DNA of 64,000 nucleotides from Kudoa neothunni (Eukaryota; Animalia; Cnidaria): NCBI GenBank assembly GCA_964304625.1, contig OZ199838.1, positions 1,251,158 to 1,315,157 of the forward strand, read 5' to 3'. Shown piece by piece: positions 55,751 to 64,000 of this stretch (position 1 is its first letter; each line of letters starts with the position of its first letter). The notes under the pieces were generated by a model. It saw only the letters and a program-made list of their open reading frames with translations, ran no database searches and was not told where the DNA came from. The position numbers and the translations under genes were made by a program.

Positions 55751-56802
55751 ATGTTCCTAAATTCTTTTCTAAAGATGCTCTAATGTTTGTGGAAAATTTG
55801 AGAATACTTTTCAAAGTTGCTGGTTACTCCGTCTGTGACGAATTGATGAATCTAGAGTTATATGTGTGTGAGTGTACTGAAAAACTCGAATACAATAAAA
55901 ACAGATTATTTTAGAAAGTATTAAAAATTAAATGTATTCAACTTAGCAAAGTGAATGCTTCATTTATTGATATTCGAAAATATAATAATAAATATTGTAT
56001 CAAGTTATTCTACCATTTTGGTCTGTTGAATGATAAACCTACATGCTGCAGTTTTCACATGAAATTAATGAGAAGACATCAGGTAATCGATGGATTCGTT
56101 AATTTTTGTCCAGAAAAACTTATTTTCTCAAAATAATCAGCTGAGACTTGATATAATATTAAAACTTATATTTTATTATTCCTATGATGTTTCTTCACAG
56201 AAGGTTATTGAAAAAGAATTTGCAATATCATCTAACATAATAGTTCACTGGAAGAGCTTCATTAGAAACATCTACACGAATTATCTCAGTATTAATTCAA
56301 GGAAAATTGGTGCAGCTGGAATAATCGTCCAAATCGATGAAACCTTAATTTTCAAAAGAAAGTATAATTCTTGGCGGATACTTGAAAATAAAGATCAATG
56401 GATTCGTGGAGGAATTGATGAAGAAAGTAACATCATTATGGAGTTAACCTTGAAAAGGAATCATTGCACTTTGACAGAATTTATTGTGAAAATTGTTTAT
56501 CCAGGTTCCATGAGTTACTCAGACTCTAGGAAATGGTATCGAAAGTTGTATAAGTATGGCTATCTTCACAAGATGGTGAATCATAATCAAGAATTTGCCT
56601 CTTCTGAAAGAATTCATAAGAATCGCATTGAGTTCACTGGGGAGCATGCAATTGCAAAAGGAAGTTCAGTTATGTCCGAAATAAATCGTTGAATCTTATT
56701 CCAAGTTGTTTGGGGGAATATACATTCAAAATAAAATTTACCAACAATATATTCGAAGAAATTAATAACGTCATAAAAACAATTTATAAATTTAACGAAT
56801 GA
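55751..56802 (+). pseudogene. Merlin/ISXO2 (IS1595-like) transposase, frameshifted
   Basis: KIGAAGIIVQIDETLIFKRKYN, WIRGGID, PGSMSYSD, HKMVNH, HKNRIE motifs. Confidence 0.88.
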
Positions 56803-57773
56803 TATAATCCCTTTTAATTTGATTCAAAGTCGATATTAGCTGAAATTATCTTTATTTATGAGCTAATATTTTCTTTTGTAATTAATATTTTAATTTTCGC
56901 ACATTATTTAAATGAAATCGGAAGTTATGTATAATGTCTTTGGGCTATATTGCGGAAAATGATTGCAAACTCATTGAAATATAATACGGTTTTGTTTTGA
57001 GAAATCATTATTCATACGAAACGTTTTTTGAATTTTTTTATATTGGAGGGGAATTTTATTCTCATTTAGTTTTGTTGCAATTCGTCAATTAATCCAGTAT
57101 TAACTGGATTATAATTTTCTTTCTATGTCAAGATTTTCATTCCAATAATTATTTAATGATTTCCTCATTTTTCCGTCTAATAAAATTTCGGTATTTCATT
57201 CTGATTTAATCCCCTAAGCTATCCGACAACGATCGCCCTCCAAAGATCTATTGGAAAAATAACTCCAATTTTTCTATTATTTTTCCAGTAAAATTATTTA
57301 TAAATTATTTGTTTAATATTTTAAAATTCTATGGATACAATTTTGATAAAAACTCAGAACACTCTTTTCGTAGAATTCCCATAAATCCTTTTCGGTAAGG
57401 TTCGACATCTCACAAAAAGTAAATTTCAATCTAGAGTTAAAATTTCAGTGATAACTAAAATAACTCAATAATTATAAAATTTTAGCTTAATTTTAATCAT
57501 AAGGTGTCAAATGCTATATAATTAAAATCCATCGATCGAATTTATATTTTTCCTCAAAATCACCAGGATTAAGTTTTGTAAAAACAACAACTAGAATGGA
57601 AAACTTGGGTTATAGTCACTCCAAAGTTTGTTAGAGGGTTAAATACAACTTCCGATAATTTTGTAATCTCCTAAAAATGTTTTTACTGAAAATAAGTCAA
57701 TCACAATTGTTACAACATAAGTATAATCATTAATAAACAAATATAGTCTAATTTCTTCTTTGGATATACTTAA

Positions 57774-59000
57774 CCCTCGAAGGACGGTGCGCTTGAAAAT
57801 CACGTCAGGGACGGAATGAGGTCCAAGTGGACCTCAGCAATTTTAATTTTTTTTTAATTTTTTTACGAAATCACGCATTCATAACCAATACATATCGAAA
57901 TTTTATGTCATGAAGTTAAAAATACATACTATTTATTAATTTGTAAAAATTTCAAATAATTCCAGTGGATAACTATTACAGATCTTCGACGGTGTAATGA
58001 GGATTTTAAGATAATATGTATGTTCTGGTAGATTTTGATTTCAGAATGTTAAAAAACGTGATAATATAATTGTTGGAACAGTTTTCGCTATGAAAACAAC
58101 GACAACATATCGGTCGATTCTGATGCAGGATACCCAGAATAACTCGTAATCTCTCTCTAATAAAATAGATTAAATTCGCGCCAAAATTAATCTTTACATT
58201 ATACCCTCTAATGAACGTAAAAATGAAATTACCTAATATCCAACGACGTTATTTCAATACTTATTCTTCTAATAATAATTGAATGTTAATGTCTCGTGTT
58301 GGTTGATTTAATTTAATGTTTAAGCTACATTACGTTGTAAATCAGACAATTCAAACAAATATTCAAAAATTATAAAAATATTCCAGTATTTATTTTTGTT
58401 ATTAACTCTTGTGATAATAGAACGGTAATAGAGAAATTTTATTTTGTTTACTCGCTTGGTGAGTAACCAACAACAAGAAAATTGATCAAATGTTCAAACA
58501 TAACTTATACGTGTAGAATAATATCTTTTCAATGATTACATCCAAGAAGAAAATTCTGCAAGAATCAACATCAGATTCATTGTTTCTCGCATTTCCCTTA
58601 AGGCCCGGAATAGCATTAAGCATGCTGTGTGCTCTAGTCCTTTCTTTTTCTCATGGTTTACAATCCCGTTCAGAACCAGATTTTAATGTTGTAACAGTAC
58701 CTGAATTTGGAGTGCAATCAATACAATCAACCTCAACATCACTCTAAGAATAAAGAAATTTCAATAAATCTTCATTGCAAGAAGCATGTAACAAATATTT
58801 TGAACTCCATATCGCTATCCGCAATTTGTTTATCATCAACATGGCCATCCGATAAATATTCTGAATCACTACTATACATTACAAAATCATTATAAACATA
58901 AATAACGTTAAAGTTAACAAATTATGAATAATCAAATATTTTCAACAAAATTAAGCCCATCCCCAACAAAGGATTATCCTACCAAATATCGGTGACTCTG
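57774..59000 (-). mobile_element. Deleted piggyBac relic (one end visible)
   Basis: TTAA|CCCTCGAAGGACGG end, GAGGTCCAAGTGGACCTC palindrome; minus-strand acidic N-terminus, RTRAHSM..PG remnant and Cys-rich tail. Far boundary approximate. Confidence 0.6.
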
Positions 59001-59234
59001 TCGCCGAGATGGATGAAAAAACGTAATTATGCCAATATTTTCTTAAGTTAATAACTCCAGGACAGTTTATTCATGTTTATTTAAATATCAGAATTGATAT
59101 ATTACATAAATTAATAGTTTCAATTAATTTTTTTAGATTTTCGTTTAAAACTGAACATTTCAAGTAATGTATGAGAAAATTTACTTTTAATTTTTAAAAG
59201 TGATTCAAAAGTATCTCTTGAACTAGTTACTTAA

Positions 59235-61436
59235 CCCTCCAAACATGCAAAAAACGACTATGACTATACATCAAGCAGTTTTGTGGTCCAAGAAGACCCA
59301 AGATTTTTATTTTATTTCATTTTATATTTCATTTCTTATTTTGATGTACAATATTATGAAATATAATAATATTCCTTTATAAAGTTGTTTACCCGGGCGA
59401 TAACGATATAATCATAATTTACTTGTGTGACGATACTAGTCGATGTCCTTTGAACACTTATTTATTAATTTTACGTGTTTAAATATTAATGATATTATAT
59501 TTTTATATACTGCATGATCTTTTTATAACATTATATAGTTATAAAAAGGATAGTGGAATTTATCAAAATTCTAATAATATCTGAAAATACCTATGTTCAC
59601 TTGTAACAACATGATTCTGAATTTACCGATTCGTATAATTTGTTAATAAAATTTTTTGAAATAATATAAACTACAATATTACCTAACTGATATTCATAAA
59701 ATGATAGGCACATCTGCCATCGTGAGCTCATCTAGGGATCGATCATTCATAATAAATATGGATTAATAATCAAATAATTAATATATTCCTTAACTAAGCT
59801 AAGAAGTCTCAAAATTAATAATTAAAAATGTAATATATAACTAACTTTTACTGGTTATTTTTTGTTTCCATTTCTAACAAATAATTCTCTGTTTGTTTCA
59901 GCGGTGTTTGGAGCAATTACAATATTTTTTCTTTATTTTTATATCAGAAAATAGAGCACATAAAATACTCCTTTTATCGTAATGGATGGGATAGTATCTA
60001 TCGTATCCACACACCCTTAGTTTTGTTATAATCGACAATAACATGGGGATTATTTTCTGATCATGGCATAAATTAACATTGTTTGAGGATGTCGCCAATA
60101 AAATTACTTCATTTGTCTTTTTAGGAAAATTGAACTGAAAAACTCCCCTACTATTCCTTGAATTTATGAATTAATGAGATATCCCGTTTATTATGCCGGA
60201 TAGTCTCCAGAAGGGTTAGACTAAGCAGTTTGTTTGCCAACGTAATCGAAGTGGAGAAATTATCGCAACAAATGTCTCTACTAAACTATTCAAGTGGGGC
60301 GAGAGCTCTAAAACAAACTTTTCATCAACATGTTTAGTAATCTGGTCATTGCTTCTTCCAACATAAACGAAAATACTATGTATATAATGGGTATTAGTGC
60401 CAGTCAAAAGAATAAATTTAATGTTATAGACCGCAAGTTTGGAGGGGATATACTACGTAAAAAACACCTGACTCTCAATGCAACTAATTGTTCATCAACC
60501 GTAAGATGAGCAGAGGGAATTAGACACATCAGAAAAATACTTTTCCACCTATTTAAAACTTCGGTTACCAGCAAAAACATATCGACATCTCATCGTAAAC
60601 TCTTGTCTCACAATCACCAAAGTGTATATTTCTGTTTATTTGGGTGAATCTACGAAATATGTGATGTCCTTTATTCAATCTCCACAATAGTTTAAGAGAC
60701 TTCATTTTATATTTAGATATTGACATATATTTAAGAATTCCTATGTATGGTTTATATTTAGATTTTCCACTCGTATCTCGTATCCGTAACGAAAAGCACC
60801 AAATTAATTGGTGATAGTAATGGCAGAATTGAAAAATTCATCATCAAAAAAATTGAAAAACTATTCTATAAATTGCAAATTCTGGATGTTACAAATGCAA
60901 TCGGACTTATAGGTTTGTTTAAGATGTTTTCTTTCTTGATTTTTGTATTTGAAGGCATAACTGAATACCATAATCATCTGAACTATCATAACAAGATGAT
61001 GATAAGGATTCTTCAATTTACTGAAATCAGAGTCGTAAACTGTTAGAAAATCACCATATAACGCTTCCACTTCTAACGGTCGACAGCAATCGTCATTGGT
61101 CAAGTAATACCGGAAACATAAACCTTGTTTTTTCTCGAGATTTAATGTGTGTAACTTTTCGAGATCAAAATATGTTGGTTTTTAAAATTTTATAAATGTT
61201 TCCAAGAAATAAAAAGGTGTGTTCCTACTGGACCCCAAAATAGCTTGATGTAAGTATTTGATATAAAATCCTAAAAAACAAAACATTCCTAATTTAAAAA
61301 ATAAATAATGAATAAATAGAAATTTTTAAAAGAATAATGATTGGATCCAGCTAATTTAACGACTTCAATGAGCAGTGAATTGAGCCTTAAGTCAGCCTAG
61401 GATCGGTCAATTTGGACCCCAAAAATGTTTGGAGGG
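59235..61436 (-). mobile_element. piggyBac transposon with decayed transposase
   Basis: Perfect 12-bp TIRs CCCTCCAAACAT, TTAA on both sides; VDEQLVALRVRC..PSK remnant on minus strand. Confidence 0.92.
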
Positions 61437-61520
61437 TTAAACGATCACTATATTTGCCGCAGTTTTTAAGATCCTGTTTAAAATTTTTTTTCAATTCTAA
61501 ACTAAGCTCGGTAACTCGCG

Positions 61521-61543
61521 TATATATATATATATATATATAT
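61521..61543. repeat. (TA)n microsatellite
   Basis: About 11 TA units. Confidence 0.9.
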
Positions 61544-62404
61544 AAAATTCAAAACCACATTATTCCGGCGATTAATTGATAAAATATTTAGTTTATTTGA
61601 ATTCCTAAGTTTTTTCATCTTAATACAAGATTATAATAGCATTTGGAATGTTTGCGTGTTGGTTTATTCCGAAAAATATTACAGTTAATCCTAGTTGTAA
61701 AATTAAAACATATTTCGAAAAAAATAATTATGCATTAAATTCTAACATAATTCAAAATTTTTATAGCTTACGAGTGGTCACTTTCTATTTTTTAAATATT
61801 TATTACGGCAAATCAGTTATTCCTTTTAATCAATTTATGTTTATTTAAGAATTAAATATTTTTTAATGACTTATTCTAATATTTTGGTAGTGAATAATAT
61901 TATTTAACAACTAATAACTAAAACTAATTGCTGTTGTTATAAATATTTAGTAATTAACTATGAAAGAAAGAAAAAATATTAGAATCGATTATTGTTTAAA
62001 ACTAAACACACAATATGGATCACGTGACCACATTCTTTCGAGCTATTTGTCTACACAAAGGGAATCATACAATGAAAATTTTATTATAAGAAATGAAAAC
62101 ACTGATAATATTAAACAATTAACTGTTCCAGTTAACACATTGATTTTTTGGTAACACGTGAACATTTTGTCCATTATGTTGAATATCTCATCTCCAAATA
62201 TGTTTTCTATTAAATAATTTAAATATTCGCAAAAAAATAATATCTTCTCTAATGTACACAAATAAGGATAATGAATAATTGGTGATGAAAATCAATTGAT
62301 GAGTCAAGCGTTTGTTAGTGCGGAGCTTGAAATGTTAACGAGGTGAAACGAAACAAAACGAAAGATATTGCTTATTCTGCAAACGAAAATATAACTAGCT
62401 GTTA

Positions 62405-63245
62405 ATGTTGGTTTTATCGTTTTTTGTGCTCGGCTTGCTGTGCTTTATAACCGACCATGCGGTTAGAACCACAAGTGAGAAACTAGTTACTTCACAATTG
62501 ACTACAGATTGGTTTGCACCCCCTTTGATATTGGAAACTAGGTAAATTGTTAATTTTATGTTTATAAATGAAGAATTAATTTCGATTAGTGAATTTATTC
62601 AAAAATATCATCCCAATTATTATTGGTTGATAATCGAGGAGATTTCCATTAAATTGGACCATATTAATATTTGTCATTCCGATGGTAACCAATTTTTATC
62701 GAATACTTAATTGTTTCAAATCCATCACTCTAGAATATAATATTATTGTTGATATTTTGGAGCGATATTTGTCTCCAACATGGTTGGATTATTTTAAACT
62801 TGTTATTGGTCGGCATGATTTTGCACCAAGAATCCATCTCTACCGAAAGGTATTTTGTGATAATGCAATTTTTTTTACTTTATATAAATACAAATTTTTA
62901 GCTTATAGACGATTTCAATATGGATGGTGATTGTGGATCTATCTTTTTTGTTGGCAGAAATACAGCTTGTGACTTGGATCAGGCTATCGCATTAATTAAT
63001 AATTATGAGAACAATGAGTTATTGGTTGATTAAATATTTTGAATATAATTAATCCGTTAAGAATTCTTCATACTGTATTCGACAATTATCCAACATTTAA
63101 AAATAATCCCACCAACAAATCATCAATTATCTATTATTTCGGCCATATTGGTACAGCCGATTTTTGGACCACATATAAAAGTCTGAAAAGCTATGCTGAG
63201 AACGTTGCATCATCGGTTGACTTTCTCATAGTGCCATACTCCAAG
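62405..63245 (+). CDS. UGGT: UDP-glucose:glycoprotein glucosyltransferase-like gene, first five exons (signal peptide + TRXL1 region)
   Basis: Exons 62405-62541, 62590-62684, 62734-62849, 62902-63017, 63062-63245: MLVLSFFVLGLLCF...VTSQLTTDWFAPPLILETSEFI...YLSPTWLDYFKLVIGRHDFAPRIHLYRK...CGSIFFVGRNTACD...YFGHIGTADF. This is colinear with the UGGT N-terminus as I recall it (TTSLTTKWFSTPLLLEASEF). Confidence 0.75.
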
Positions 63246-64000
63246 GTAAGTGTAATATTTGTGATCTTACTTCTTATTGAAATGTTGAATCCGATTTAAT
63301 TTGTAAGTTAATCGCTCATGCGTATCTTCTAATGATGATTTATATTTTAGCTGGAAACATTTGAATTCTTCTTGAATGTATAATGATTATCATAGGCAAT
63401 TTAATTGGTCGTATATTAAGTTCTTTAATCAAATTAAAATGAGCAAATAAACCACATTAGTTCTTTCTGGCGGAATGCATTCATCCAAGATAATATTATT
63501 TGTAGGTGCCCTTGTAATTTTAACTGTGTGAATGCTATATAACTTTATATTCAGTCGAACTGAATTAAATGCCGCTTTATTAGTAGATTAATTTTCTTTA
63601 GAATTAATAATACAATTATAATATTGTTTGTTTTGATTTTATTTGAGTTAATCCTATGTAATTTCTACTGAATTAGTGTGATTAATTTTTGTTTGTTATT
63701 AACATTTATTTTTTTTAATTCTTTTAATTTTTTAAATATTAACAAAAGCTATATCACAAAAATGAACAATAGAACGATAATTGACATTGACTTTGAATGA
63801 GAAATTATAAGATAATAATATGATTTTTAGAAAAGTGGTATTGACGTTATGGTGACCACAATTAATAAGGATTAACCAAGACCATTGTAAACATTAATCT
63901 AGTATTAGCGCAACTTTATTAGAAACAGCAAAAATTTTAGAAACAATTGATCTGATAATTTATTACATCTCTGACTGCGAACATAAATAAAAAAAATTAG

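Noticed and set aside
62043-62261. Possible divergent gene upstream of UGGT
   Set aside because: No consistent exon chain or recognisable product could be built.

Overview
AT-rich eukaryotic genomic DNA with short (about 35-110 nt) GT-AG introns and very dense, mostly decayed DNA transposons (hAT, piggyBac, Tc1/IS630, pogo/Tigger, MULE, Merlin/ISXO2, Helitron). The style fits a compact metazoan parasite genome such as a myxozoan; this is inference, not proof. The ORF track misses most real genes because their exons are tiny. Manual splicing gives: (1) four minus-strand paralogues of an unrecognised secreted Cys-containing protein family with conserved exon sizes and phases (16-423 partial, 2042-2959, 14670-15588, 25387-26239), one carrying a C-RGD-x4-C loop; (2) a ~2016-aa type I membrane protein with a huge coiled-coil ectodomain (36387-42489, minus); (3) two small single-pass membrane genes, one ending in a PPPY motif; (4) an RBBP4/7-like gene with several frameshifts; (5) the 5' exons of a UGGT-like gene. 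There is also a nested TE stack (Helitron > piggyBac > Tc1 + MULE) lying between two copies of a segmental duplication. No rRNA, tRNA or CRISPR features were seen. All alignments and counts were done by eye.
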